DNA from: Actinomycetota bacterium
GTDB taxonomy: Bacteria > Actinomycetota > Acidimicrobiia > Acidimicrobiales > Ilumatobacteraceae
Reading direction: 5' to 3'
Assembly: GCA_026393655.1 (NCBI GenBank)
Contig: JAPKZT010000280.1
Location: 1 to 36,787 of the forward strand
Length of the DNA stretch: 36,787 bases
Shown one piece after another: positions 1 to 9,136 of the stretch (positions within the stretch are counted from its first letter, which is position 1; each line of letters opens with the position of its first letter). Both the position numbers and the translations under genes were made by a program. The notes beneath the pieces were generated by a model. That model was not told the origin of the DNA and did not search any database. It saw nothing but the letters and a program-made list of their open reading frames with translations.

Positions 1-1086
1 ACCAGCCTCACCAACTTTCAACCACACCAGACCTTTTGCACCAAGTTTTTTAGCTCGCTCTGTTAGAGCGTCCAATTTATTACGACCACTGGCTGCTTGT
101 TGCGGATAATCAGCGTGCGAAACGCAGATCGCCTTAATTGATTCTGCCGAAGCGAACGCTTTAAATTCAGTTGCCGCGAACACACTCGTGAGTTCAACTA
201 ATGTCATCGCAAAACGCAAGTCTGGCTTGTCGATGCCATAAATGTTCATCGCTTCATGCCAAGTCATTCGCTCAATTGGCGGTGGTTCTGAACCAGTGGC
301 CGCTTTTGCTGCCGCGATCACCGCCGTCGAGATCATTGCGATTACATCGTCTTTATCAACGAAACTCATTTCAGCATCCAGTTGCATAAATTCGTATTGC
401 CTATCGGCACGCAAGTCTTCGTCACGCAAACATTTAGCGATTTGGTAATAACGATCCATACCCGCAACCATCAACAATTGCTTCCAGAGTTGTGGTGATT
501 GCGGCAACGCATAAAAAGAACCAGGTTCGTTTCGAGACGGAACCAAGAACTCTCGCGCACCTTCTGGTGTGCTCGGCATCAACAGTGGTGTTTCAATTTC
601 TGTAAAACCCTGTGACTCCATTGATTTTCGAATTGCAGAGTTAATTGCCGCACGAAGCCGCAGATTTTTCTGCATTCGTTCGCGACGAATATCTAAGTAG
701 CGATACTTAAGACGAACATTTTCGTCGACGTCGTCACCACGTTGATCAATCGGAAACGGGGGTGGTTCAGCATTGTTAAGCACTTCAATTTTGCACTCAG
801 CCAGCTCAACTTCACCAGTTGGAATATTCGCGTTCACAGTGCCACCTGGACGCGCTTGCACTTTGCCGGTGACTCGAATTACCCATTCTGATCGAACATC
901 AACCGTGTTATCGACGACACATTGCACTATTCCGCTGAAATCTCGCAAATCTAGAAACGCAAGGTGTTCGCCGTGTTCACGACGCCGACCCACCCAACCA
1001 CATAAAGTCACAACCTGACCAATATTTTCAGCACGCATGTCTCCGCATAGGTGAGTTCGTAATGCTGTGCTGTTCTTAATGCTCAT
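1..1086 (-). CDS. aspS: aspartate--tRNA ligase, N-terminal 362 codons (3' end lies beyond window start)
   Basis: Open minus-strand frame with no stop inside the window, so it is absent from the ORF track. Hand translation from the ATG at 1086 gives MSIKNSTALRTHLCGDMRAENIGQVVTLCGWVGRRREHGEHLAFLDLRD. Further in (around 480-370) it gives QLLMVAGMDRYYQIAKCLRDEDLRADRQYEFMQLD, the class II AspRS motif-2 region. The start lies 2 nt after the hisS stop. Confidence 0.93.
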   Translation of the reverse strand, partial: MSIKNSTALRTHLCGDMRAENIGQVVTLCGWVGRRREHGEHLAFLDLRDFSGIVQCVVDNTVDVRSEWVIRVTGKVQARPGGTVNANIPTGEVELAECKIEVLNNAEPPPFPIDQRGDDVDENVRLKYRYLDIRRERMQKNLRLRAAINSAIRKSMESQGFTEIETPLLMPSTPEGAREFLVPSRNEPGSFYALPQSPQLWKQLLMVAGMDRYYQIAKCLRDEDLRADRQYEFMQLDAEMSFVDKDDVIAMISTAVIAAAKAATGSEPPPIERMTWHEAMNIYGIDKPDLRFAMTLVELTSVFAATEFKAFASAESIKAICVSHADYPQQAASGRNKLDALTERAKKLGAKGLVWLKVGEAG

Positions 1087-1088
1087 AA

Positions 1089-2378
1089 TTATCTCTCATT
1101 TTCATTCGATGTATTTATTCGGGCCTGACTATTGATGTACTTTTCTATTTCTTTTAAAATATCTTGACGAAGCACAACATATTGCTCGCCAGACCCCATC
1201 GGTCGCAACATGACTGTCTCATTTTCAACTTCGTTTGAGCCAATAATCAGTGCAATGCGCGCCCCGCTGCGGTCAGCAGATTTCATTTGGGCTTTAATGC
1301 TTCGCAAATCATACGCCCGATCAGCGCTTAATCCGTGCGCACGAATTTGATGACACAGTTCATGAGCATGAGTGCCATCAACGGTGTCAACGACGAAAAC
1401 ATCAACCGCTTTGCTCGGCGCGGCGAAAACACTTTCGGCGTCACACGCCAAAAGAGTGCGATCTAAACCGAGAGCAAAACCAATACCACTCGTCGGTGGC
1501 CCACCTAATGCTTCTACCAATCCGTCGTACCTACCACCACCGCCGATTGCCGTGTGGGCTGCTTCAAGCGCAGTTGAGACAAATTCAAATGTGGTGCGGC
1601 GATAATAATCTAAGCCGCGCACTAGTCGATCATTAATTTTGTACGCAATCTTTAAAGCATCAAGAGCGCGCAATACCGCTTCAAAATGCTCGCGCGACTG
1701 ACTACTGATGCTTTCGCGAATCGCTGGCGCACCGACAATAATTTCTTGATCTGGTTCGCGTTTTGAATCTAAAACTCGTAATGGGTTTCGCAACAATGTT
1801 GCTCTACTCTCTGCAGTCAATTTCGACTCATGCTTTGCGAAATACTCCGCGAGTTTCGCCGCATATTTATCGCGATCTCCAGAATCGCCAAGTGAATTAA
1901 TTGAAAGTTCAACTTTCTGAAGCCCAAGTGCAGAATAAAATTTTGCAGCGAGGGCTATGACTTCAGCGTCGAGAAACGCGTCGGTTACGCCGAGCGCCTC
2001 AATGCCTACTTGGTCAAACTGTCGATATCGGCCTTGTTGCGGTTTCTCATACCGAAAGTTTGGACCGCTATACCAGACCTTCCACGGCGTAGTTGGTCGA
2101 TGCTCAACGAAAGCTCGGCAAACGCTTGCTGTTTGCTCTGGACGCAACGCAATATGTCTTCCACCTTTGTCGTGAAAGTCGTACATTTCTTTAGTGACAA
2201 CTTCGGTTGCCTCTCCGAGACGTAAAAAAACATCTAAATCTTCAAACATTGGCGGAATAATGTAGAGATAACCAGCCGCTTCAACAGTTGTTTCGAAGAC
2301 ATCTTGAAATGCACGCCAGCGAGCAGAATCAGGCGACAAAATATCACGCGTTCCTGGTGAAGTCTTAAAATCAGGCAC
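1089..2378 (-). CDS. hisS: histidine--tRNA ligase
   Basis: 429 aa with a GTG start. HisRS signatures are present: GTRDILSPDSARW, RYEKPQQGRYRQFDQ and GGGRYDGL. A C-terminal anticodon-binding domain follows. Confidence 0.95.
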   Translation of the reverse strand: MPDFKTSPGTRDILSPDSARWRAFQDVFETTVEAAGYLYIIPPMFEDLDVFLRLGEATEVVTKEMYDFHDKGGRHIALRPEQTASVCRAFVEHRPTTPWKVWYSGPNFRYEKPQQGRYRQFDQVGIEALGVTDAFLDAEVIALAAKFYSALGLQKVELSINSLGDSGDRDKYAAKLAEYFAKHESKLTAESRATLLRNPLRVLDSKREPDQEIIVGAPAIRESISSQSREHFEAVLRALDALKIAYKINDRLVRGLDYYRRTTFEFVSTALEAAHTAIGGGGRYDGLVEALGGPPTSGIGFALGLDRTLLACDAESVFAAPSKAVDVFVVDTVDGTHAHELCHQIRAHGLSADRAYDLRSIKAQMKSADRSGARIALIIGSNEVENETVMLRPMGSGEQYVVLRQDILKEIEKYINSQARINTSNENER

Positions 2379-2384
2379 GCGAGA

Positions 2385-2390
2385 AGGCTA
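2385..2390 (-). promoter_or_regulatory. -10-like box TAGCCT, 6 nt upstream of the hisS GTG (leaderless candidate)
   Basis: The minus strand reads TAGCCT-TCTCGC-GTG. There is no Shine-Dalgarno. The hexamer fits the TANNNT pattern. Confidence 0.35.
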
Positions 2391-2474
2391 GACGCTTGGC
2401 GATTAAAAGTGCTTCATGCGCGACACATATCAATGTTTTTCAACACTCAATACGACTTGGTTACGACTAATTCT

Positions 2475-4718
2475 CTAGTTGACAGTCTCGTCGGCTGATT
2501 CTTGGTCATGGGGATTACCTGGCATTACTCGATTGGCATCGTAGACCCCATCGATCCTCTTTATCATTCGCAGAACTGACTGCAAATGACTTGGATCGGC
2601 AAACTCAAATTCAAAACGCATCTTGGCAACACGATCAGCGCCAGTATGCGTGGTGCAAGCGACAATATTTACGTGCTCATCCGAAAGCGCGTTTGCAACA
2701 TCGCGCAACAACCGTGATCGATCTAGCGCAACAATCTCGACAGCGGCGATGAACACTGCGCCAGAACTTTCAGACGACCACTCGACTTCAACTAGACGTG
2801 CAGAGTCTTGCGTAAATAACGATGCCGCATTGGCACAATCTGCACGATGCACTGTGACACCACGACCTTTGGTAACAAAACCCATTATCTCGTCACCCGG
2901 CACAGGCGTGCAACAACGCGACAATCTAACCATCACATCAGGCATTCCCTCAATGTGCACTCCATTTCGCTGGGGTGAAGCCACAACAGTTGAACTCACT
3001 GCCGACATTGACAATTGATCTGGCTGAACTCCATCGCGCATTCTCTTTGACATCCGCTCGACAATCGCTACTGCATCAATTCTTTGATCGCCAATGGCGG
3101 CGAAGAAAGCGTCATCGTCTTCGAAATTAAGTAGCGCTACTTCGTCGCTGAGAACTTGCGATTCAAGAACTTTCTTCGCCGGAAGACCCTTTTGTCTGAG
3201 CCGCTCGATCAACTCATCTTTACCATTCTCAACCAAATCTTCGAGTCGTTCACGCGACAGCCATTGCTTAATTTTGCTCCGCGCCTTTGGAGAAACAACA
3301 AACTCAAGCCAATCTTGCGATGGCTCATTAATTTCGCCCTGAGAAACCAGTACTTCGCATGTGTCGCCCGATGTGAGTTTGTATTCAAGCGGCACAAGAC
3401 GACCGTTGACCCGCGCGCCCATGCAACTGTGACCGACTTCAGTATGCACTGCGTAAGCAAAATCAACAGGAGTCGAAAATACAGGAAGAGTTATTACTCG
3501 ACCCTTTGGCGTGAACACAAAAAGCTCATCTTGTTCAAGATCGGTCTTTAGATTTTCTAAGAACTGACTCGGGTCGGACACTTCACCTTGCCAGTCAATA
3601 ATTCGATTCAGCCAATCAATATCGCCTTGCGTGTTCGAGTCTTTGTAGGCCCAATGTGAAGCAACTCCCCATTCGGCTTGTCGATGCATCTCGCGCGTTC
3701 TAATTTGCACTTCAATTGGCTTTCCTCCAGGTCCAACGACTGTTGTATGCAGTGACTGATAGAGATTAAATTTCGGCATCGCGATGTAATCTTTGAAACG
3801 CCCGACGATTGGCTTCCAGTGGCCGTGAATTGCACCGAGTACTGCGTAACAATCTTTTTCTGAGTCGACAACAACTCGAATCGCCATCAAGTCATGAATC
3901 TCGTCAAAGTCTCTACCTTTTTGCACCATCTTTTCGTAGATGCTCCACAGATGTTTGCCGCGCGCAGTTAGGTCTGCATCGATTTTGACTTCCCCAAGCC
4001 ATTGCTGAACTTGCCCAATTGTTTTGGCAAGATACACATTGCGTTCAGGTGCTCGCGTCGCAACGAGCTGATCAAGCTCGGCATAGCGCTTAGGGTACAA
4101 CGCAGCAAATGCGAGATCTTCAAGTTGCTGTTTAATCTCTTGCATACCGAGTCGATGCGCGAGCGGTGCATAAATATCAAGAGTTTCTTGGGCGATGCGT
4201 TGTTGCTTCTCGTACGGGACTGCGGCGATTGTGCGCATGTTGTGAAGTCGGTCAGCAAGTTTGATCATCAATACCCGCAAATCGCGTGCCATCGCCACGA
4301 GCATCTTGCGCATCGTGGCAGCCTGCTGTGCCTCTTTTGAATCAAAATGCAGACGCTCAAGTTTTGTAACACCATCAACGATCGTTGCAACTTCGACTCC
4401 AAAATTTGTTTCAACATCAGCAAGGGTGATCTCAGTATCTTCGACAGCATCATGCAACAAGGCCGCAACTATTGACGTATCATCCAAGCCAATATCGGCA
4501 ACAATTCGAGCAACAGCAATCGGGTGATTGATATACAACTCTCCGCTCGATCTATTTTGCGAAGCATGAGCCGACCGAGCCATTTCATAAGCCGCGTTAA
4601 TTTGTGAAACCGAACCTTTTGGATGGCGCGCTTTATACGCCGTCAACAGGGGCGAAAGTTCTTCGGCAATCGTTGTATTTTGGCGCCGCCACGGCAGCAC
4701 TCTTGATGCTGTACCCAT
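2475..4718 (-). CDS. relA: bifunctional (p)ppGpp synthetase/hydrolase (RelA/SpoT family)
   Basis: 747 aa. HD hydrolase motif (HPIAVARIV...LLHDAVEDT), synthetase motif (DYIAMPKFNLYQSLHTTV), then TGS and ACT-like C-terminal domains. Confidence 0.95.
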   Translation of the reverse strand: MGTASRVLPWRRQNTTIAEELSPLLTAYKARHPKGSVSQINAAYEMARSAHASQNRSSGELYINHPIAVARIVADIGLDDTSIVAALLHDAVEDTEITLADVETNFGVEVATIVDGVTKLERLHFDSKEAQQAATMRKMLVAMARDLRVLMIKLADRLHNMRTIAAVPYEKQQRIAQETLDIYAPLAHRLGMQEIKQQLEDLAFAALYPKRYAELDQLVATRAPERNVYLAKTIGQVQQWLGEVKIDADLTARGKHLWSIYEKMVQKGRDFDEIHDLMAIRVVVDSEKDCYAVLGAIHGHWKPIVGRFKDYIAMPKFNLYQSLHTTVVGPGGKPIEVQIRTREMHRQAEWGVASHWAYKDSNTQGDIDWLNRIIDWQGEVSDPSQFLENLKTDLEQDELFVFTPKGRVITLPVFSTPVDFAYAVHTEVGHSCMGARVNGRLVPLEYKLTSGDTCEVLVSQGEINEPSQDWLEFVVSPKARSKIKQWLSRERLEDLVENGKDELIERLRQKGLPAKKVLESQVLSDEVALLNFEDDDAFFAAIGDQRIDAVAIVERMSKRMRDGVQPDQLSMSAVSSTVVASPQRNGVHIEGMPDVMVRLSRCCTPVPGDEIMGFVTKGRGVTVHRADCANAASLFTQDSARLVEVEWSSESSGAVFIAAVEIVALDRSRLLRDVANALSDEHVNIVACTTHTGADRVAKMRFEFEFADPSHLQSVLRMIKRIDGVYDANRVMPGNPHDQESADETVN

Positions 4719-4724
4719 GACTTA

Positions 4725-4730
4725 AGCGTA
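4725..4730 (-). promoter_or_regulatory. -10-like box TACGCT, 6 nt upstream of the relA ATG (leaderless candidate)
   Basis: The minus strand reads TACGCT-TAAGTC-ATG. There is no Shine-Dalgarno. Confidence 0.35.
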
Positions 4731-4758
4731 GTAGCGACGCAAAAGCCAGATGCTGAAC

Positions 4759-5925
4759 TTAACGTCGTTTCTTGCGAGGTCGAGGTGGATGAGTTAGAAC
4801 GCTTGTCGCACGTTGCGCGGCTTGTGCGATCAACTCTTCATTAGTGATTGAATAAGATTCAGTTGTTGCAGAACTTGATGACTTAGACGACTTGGTAACT
4901 GCCAAGCGCGAGATATCGCCATGACCCATTAATTCTGACATCGCCGCACCAACAGCGATGTGCCCTTTGAACGGCTTGTACTTCGGTTCGTTTTGCTTAA
5001 AAATATCCAATAACGGAACTGCTACAAATATTGATGAGTAAGTTCCGGCGAGCATGCCAACTAGCAATGCAACTGCAAAATCTTCAAGACTTTTTGCTCC
5101 CAATATGAACGAACCCATAACTAAAAGAGAAACAACAGGGAGCGCTGAAGCCAATGTTGTGTTGAGCGATCGCGCCAAAACCTCATTGGTTGAAATATTC
5201 GCGATGTTGGCAAACGATTGTCGAGACGCCGCAAACTTCTTAGAGTTCTCAAGCACTCGGTCGAATACCACAACCGTGTCGTACAACGAGAAGCCGAGAA
5301 TTGTGAGAAACGCAACAACCGTGGCTGGCGTAACTTCAAAACCAAAAAGTGAATAAACCCCAACGCTGATAATTACGTCATGAGCCATCGCGATAATCGA
5401 AGTCAGTGCCATCTTCCATTCAAGACGCCATGAGATATACAACGAGACGACAACGAAAAACACGAGTAATGCCCGCAATGCTTTTTCAGTAATGCTTCGA
5501 CCCCAAGAAGAACTCACCGATGACACGCTGACTTCTTCTACTGGAACCTTGGCTAACTTGGCAAATGATTTTTGTACCGAGAGACGTGCCTGTTCTGTTT
5601 GGTCGCCAACTTGCACACGCATGATTTTGACTTCCGTACCGGTCAAAAATTGTATTTTCGCATTCGTTGACTCAACATTGTTGGCGTCTAAAACTGCGCG
5701 CGCATCTTTGTCGGTAAGTTCGCCTGTTGGGCTATCTGATGGCACTTCCCAGGCCACACCACCACGAAAGTCAATACCGAGATCAAGACCTTGAATCAGC
5801 AGCGACCCAGCACCGGCAACAACAATTACCAGAGAAATTGCAAACCCAATCACCCTGCGTCCGATGAAATCGAACGTTGTCTCGCCACGATAGAGACGAC
5901 CTAAACCTGCGAATATGTTTCTCAT
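4759..5925 (-). CDS. secF: protein translocase subunit SecF
   Basis: 388 aa polytopic membrane protein with a SecD/SecF C-terminal TM bundle. It starts 2 nt after the secD stop. The tail is basic and Ser-rich. Confidence 0.93.
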   Translation of the reverse strand: MRNIFAGLGRLYRGETTFDFIGRRVIGFAISLVIVVAGAGSLLIQGLDLGIDFRGGVAWEVPSDSPTGELTDKDARAVLDANNVESTNAKIQFLTGTEVKIMRVQVGDQTEQARLSVQKSFAKLAKVPVEEVSVSSVSSSWGRSITEKALRALLVFFVVVSLYISWRLEWKMALTSIIAMAHDVIISVGVYSLFGFEVTPATVVAFLTILGFSLYDTVVVFDRVLENSKKFAASRQSFANIANISTNEVLARSLNTTLASALPVVSLLVMGSFILGAKSLEDFAVALLVGMLAGTYSSIFVAVPLLDIFKQNEPKYKPFKGHIAVGAAMSELMGHGDISRLAVTKSSKSSSSATTESYSITNEELIAQAAQRATSVLTHPPRPRKKRR

Positions 5926-5927
5926 TG

Positions 5928-7493
5928 CTACACCTCTGGCTTTACAGTTTGGATGCCAAGAATTTTTTTACCTTGAACACGCTTTGAACGTGCAAATAAC
6001 AGCACCGCACTTCGTGTGAAGAAATAAGTGATAACGACATCTGTAAGCGCAGAAATGCCAAGAAAGAATGCGAAACCCCGCACTGAACCCACGGTCAAAA
6101 ACCACAAAACCGCAGCAGCAAGAAACGACACCATGTCGGCTGCCACAATTGTTCGCCAAGCTGACTCGAAACTTCGAATTACGGAGTTTTTTAGAGTCTT
6201 GCCAACGCGAATCTCGTCTTTAATTCGCTCAAAGAAAACAATATAAGAGTCAACAGCAATACCAATCGAAACGATGATCCCTGCTATTCCCGAAAGTGAC
6301 AACGCCAGACCGTTTGTACGAGACAGAACCGAAATCAAACTCCATAACAGAGCAATAGAAATCGTCATACCCGCAACCACGAATAGCGCCATAAGTCGGT
6401 AATACGCAATCAACAAAATCAGTACAAGCAGGATTCCGACGATTCCAGAAATAATTGCGGCACGAAGCGAATCTGTTCCGAGTGTTGCCGAGACCGTCTG
6501 AGCTTGTGACACACCAAATCGCACTGGTACGGCGCCGAATTCAAGAATCTTGGCTAAGTCTCGTGCTTCAGTGGCAGTAAACGCTCCACTAATTTGCACA
6601 CTTCCACCTGTGAACTCTGGTTCGTTAACTGTTGGTGCCGAAATGACCGTTCCGTCTAGAACCATTGCCAACTGCCCGGTCGGACAAACCTCAGTTTTGT
6701 TGAAACAGGCTGCTGCCATCTTGTTCCATTGAACATCGCCATCAGCGCCACTTCGCAAACTCACAACAACTGTCCAATTGCCTGTCTGCACATCTGCACG
6801 CGCATCATTTTTAAATACTTTTCCGGATGCGCCAGCGGGCCCGACCACATAGGCAATGCCTTTTTTGTCGAGCAATAAAACTGTTTGAGTTGGATCGTTT
6901 TGATCAGTACCGAGTTCAACTTTCGGCGCAGCTGCCGCATCTGTTGGTGCCACAGTTGCCGAATCTAAAACTGGAACTGTTGTTGACGCGCTAACGGGAA
7001 CCGTAGTACCAGTCGCCGCTGAAGTATTTATATGTCGTGAACTTCCTGGACCGCCAGCAACTGGAACGGTGTCGGTCACCGTCGGCTGTTTCGTGTCTTG
7101 TGTCGTGTCACCGGGGATTGTTGTTGACCCACTGTCTTTGAGCATTCCGGTCTGCAATACGGGACGCAAAAGCAATTCTCCAGTACGACCAATAATGTCA
7201 AGGGCTTGTTGCTGATCTTTTACACCAGGCAAGTTGACGATCACAGTGCCACCCTGCAGAATAATTTCGGGTTCAGCCACACCGATTGAGTCAACTCTTG
7301 CTCGGATAATTTCTACTGCAACATCAAGATTTGCTTTATCGTATTCGCCTTCTGGTTGCAAAGTAACCGACGCTCCACCTTGAAGGTCAAGACCAAGCGC
7401 CGGCTTATTGCCAGCGATCAGATTGGCAGTGAACGAACCGAGGACTACAACTACTAGCAGGACCAGTGAAATTATGTGACGACGTTTATTCAT
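5928..7493 (-). CDS. secD: protein translocase subunit SecD
   Basis: 521 aa. N-terminal TM, periplasmic head (LGLDLQGGASVTLQ) and a C-terminal 5-TM bundle. Adjacent to secF and yajC. Confidence 0.93.
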   Translation of the reverse strand: MNKRRHIISLVLLVVVVLGSFTANLIAGNKPALGLDLQGGASVTLQPEGEYDKANLDVAVEIIRARVDSIGVAEPEIILQGGTVIVNLPGVKDQQQALDIIGRTGELLLRPVLQTGMLKDSGSTTIPGDTTQDTKQPTVTDTVPVAGGPGSSRHINTSAATGTTVPVSASTTVPVLDSATVAPTDAAAAPKVELGTDQNDPTQTVLLLDKKGIAYVVGPAGASGKVFKNDARADVQTGNWTVVVSLRSGADGDVQWNKMAAACFNKTEVCPTGQLAMVLDGTVISAPTVNEPEFTGGSVQISGAFTATEARDLAKILEFGAVPVRFGVSQAQTVSATLGTDSLRAAIISGIVGILLVLILLIAYYRLMALFVVAGMTISIALLWSLISVLSRTNGLALSLSGIAGIIVSIGIAVDSYIVFFERIKDEIRVGKTLKNSVIRSFESAWRTIVAADMVSFLAAAVLWFLTVGSVRGFAFFLGISALTDVVITYFFTRSAVLLFARSKRVQGKKILGIQTVKPEV

Positions 7494-7534
7494 TTGAGTG
7501 GTTTATCTTTTCAATTTGCAAAAACTGATTGAAG

Positions 7535-7915
7535 TTACTTTTCGGATTTCTTGTCAGTTTTTTTATCGACTGTATTTTCGTCAGCAGGTACAGAAACCTT
7601 GCGAGCAATCGAGCCCTTAGTTACACGAACTTCAACTTTTTCGGCGATTTCAATCCACAAAAGATCATCTTCGATCGCCGACACGAAACCATAAATACCT
7701 GAGTTCATTATCACTTCATCACCTTCAGCAATGCTCGACTGTAAACTTGCTGTCTCTTTTTGGCGCTTGCGCTGTGGGCGAAGCAGCAAGAAGTACATCG
7801 CAGCGAAGATTAAGACCAATGGCAACATGCTCAATATCGGATTACTGTTCGTTTTAGTTGCTGCAATTATTGACAAAAGGTCGATCTTTGCGATAAGCGC
7901 GAGAGTTATAGACAT
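7535..7915 (-). CDS. yajC: preprotein translocase subunit YajC
   Basis: 126 aa. Single TM followed by the YajC signature (FLLLRPQRKRQKE). Conserved position upstream of secDF. Confidence 0.88.
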   Translation of the reverse strand: MSITLALIAKIDLLSIIAATKTNSNPILSMLPLVLIFAAMYFLLLRPQRKRQKETASLQSSIAEGDEVIMNSGIYGFVSAIEDDLLWIEIAEKVEVRVTKGSIARKVSVPADENTVDKKTDKKSEK

Positions 7916-7923
7916 AGCGACAG

Positions 7924-7929
7924 AGTCTA
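7924..7929 (-). promoter_or_regulatory. -10-like box TAGACT, 8 nt upstream of the yajC ATG
   Basis: The minus strand reads C-TAGACT-CTGTCGCT-ATG. The same CTAGACT heptamer occurs upstream of pgsA and thrS. Confidence 0.4.
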
Positions 7930-7934
7930 GTGGC

Positions 7935-9053
7935 TTAAGGCTTGTCGTTAACAGGGCTAGCCCATGTGGCTAAAAGCGTCTTACGAAACTCGGCGAAATT
8001 GCCTTGCGCTATGGATGTTCGCATTTGCGACATCAAGTTAAGCGTGAAGGCAACATTGTGCAGAGAAACTAGCCGTGCAGCGGTCGGCTCATTAACTTGA
8101 AATAAATGACGAATATAACCACGAGTGTGCCTCGCGCAAACCGAACACGAACACGCTGAATCAATCGGGTCTTGACTAGTTATGAACTCTGAACGAGTGA
8201 TATTTAATTTGCCAGTTGACGTTAGTGCAGTACCGTGTCGACCGATTCTTGTTTGCATCACACAATCAAACTGATCTACGCCGAGGTTGACCGCCTCAAC
8301 CAAAGAAGCTGGGTCGCCTACTCCCATCAAATATCTTGGTCGATTTTTTGGAAGATGTTCAATTGCTGCTGCTAGTGCGATCAACATTTCTTCGCGAGTC
8401 TCACCCACCGACAATCCACCGATTCCGTAACCATCAAAATCTAAATCAGCAGTTATTTTTGCACTCTCGCGGCGCATTACTGGATCAACCCCGCCTTGCA
8501 CAATGCCAAACAAACTTTGATCTGCTCGCGTGTGACTGTCACGTGCTTGTTTGGCCCACTGCGATGTTCGCTTGAGAGCAAGACGAATAACCTCATCTGA
8601 TGACGGGAGTGGCGCGCAAACATCTAGCACCATCTGTATGTCAGCGCCCAGCAACTCTTGGGTTTTTACTGCCGACTGTGGCGTAAACCGATGCATCGAG
8701 CCGTCGTAAGTTGAACGAAACGAAACGCCCTCGTCATCCACATCTGGGTTGAGTGAAAATACTTGAAACCCACCCGAGTCTGTGAGGGTTAAGCCTTTCC
8801 ATCCGGCGAACTGGCCTAGCCCACCGAGATCTGCAACAACTTGTGCGCCTGGTCGCAACATCAAGTGGTAAGTGTTGCCGAGCACGATTCGGGCTCCGAG
8901 TTCTTCATAATCTTGGGCACTCAAATGTCGAATCGCGCCGCGCGTGCCAACAGGCATGAAACATGGAGTCTCGTAATCGCCACGATGAGTTGAAGCCACA
9001 CCTGTGCGAGCATCACCCTGACGGGCAGATTCTTTAAATTCAACAGCGAACAT
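7935..9053 (-). CDS. tgt: tRNA-guanine transglycosylase (queuine tRNA-ribosyltransferase)
   Basis: 372 aa. TPCFMPVGTRGA and LGNTYHL motifs, plus the zinc site CSCSVCARH...H. A GAGG Shine-Dalgarno lies 4 nt upstream of the ATG. Confidence 0.94.
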   Translation of the reverse strand: MFAVEFKESARQGDARTGVASTHRGDYETPCFMPVGTRGAIRHLSAQDYEELGARIVLGNTYHLMLRPGAQVVADLGGLGQFAGWKGLTLTDSGGFQVFSLNPDVDDEGVSFRSTYDGSMHRFTPQSAVKTQELLGADIQMVLDVCAPLPSSDEVIRLALKRTSQWAKQARDSHTRADQSLFGIVQGGVDPVMRRESAKITADLDFDGYGIGGLSVGETREEMLIALAAAIEHLPKNRPRYLMGVGDPASLVEAVNLGVDQFDCVMQTRIGRHGTALTSTGKLNITRSEFITSQDPIDSACSCSVCARHTRGYIRHLFQVNEPTAARLVSLHNVAFTLNLMSQMRTSIAQGNFAEFRKTLLATWASPVNDKP

Positions 9054-9065
9054 TGCACCTCACGG

Positions 9066-9126
9066 TATCTAGCTGTCTAGTAAATGCAGTTAGTAGATGC
9101 AGTTAGTAAATGTAGTTAGTAGATAG
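9066..9126. repeat. CTAG-core 15-mer plus a 13-nt tandem array (~3.8 units) in the queA-tgt spacer
   Basis: TATCTAGCTGTCTAG occupies 9066-9080. The units are TAGTAAATGCAGT (9078-9090), TAGTAGATGCAGT (9091-9103), TAGTAAATGTAGT (9104-9116) and TAGTAGATAGC (9117-). Confidence 0.9.
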
Positions 9127-9136
9127 CGCCGGCTAG

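Noticed and set aside
2379-2474. A T-box or His-leader attenuator in the 96-nt region upstream of hisS, including a 4-codon mini-ORF (MKHF).
   Set aside because: It is too short for a T-box. There is no specifier/antiterminator structure, no run of His codons and no terminator hairpin. A simple -10 box next to the GTG fits better.
2623-4527. Several 80-130 aa + strand ORFs, such as 2623-3018, 3156-3551 and 4002-4340 here. Similar ones occur at 10439-10831, 15926-16258 and 18073-18444.
   Set aside because: All are antisense to long, motif-verified minus-strand genes (relA, ruvB, DUF3048, pimA). They look like frame shadows rather than genes.
6894-7136. A Thr/Pro/Ala-rich low-complexity segment in SecD with an internal TTVPVSAS/TTVPVLDS repeat.
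   Set aside because: It is in frame within an intact secD. Such linkers in the periplasmic head are common in actinobacterial SecD. There is no evidence of an inserted element.
9054-9136. A preQ1 riboswitch or a tRNA in the 83-nt spacer upstream of tgt.
   Set aside because: There is no P1 hairpin or conserved preQ1 aptamer core on the coding strand, and no cloverleaf or T-loop (GTTCGAATC-like) sequence. The spacer is explained by tandem repeats instead.
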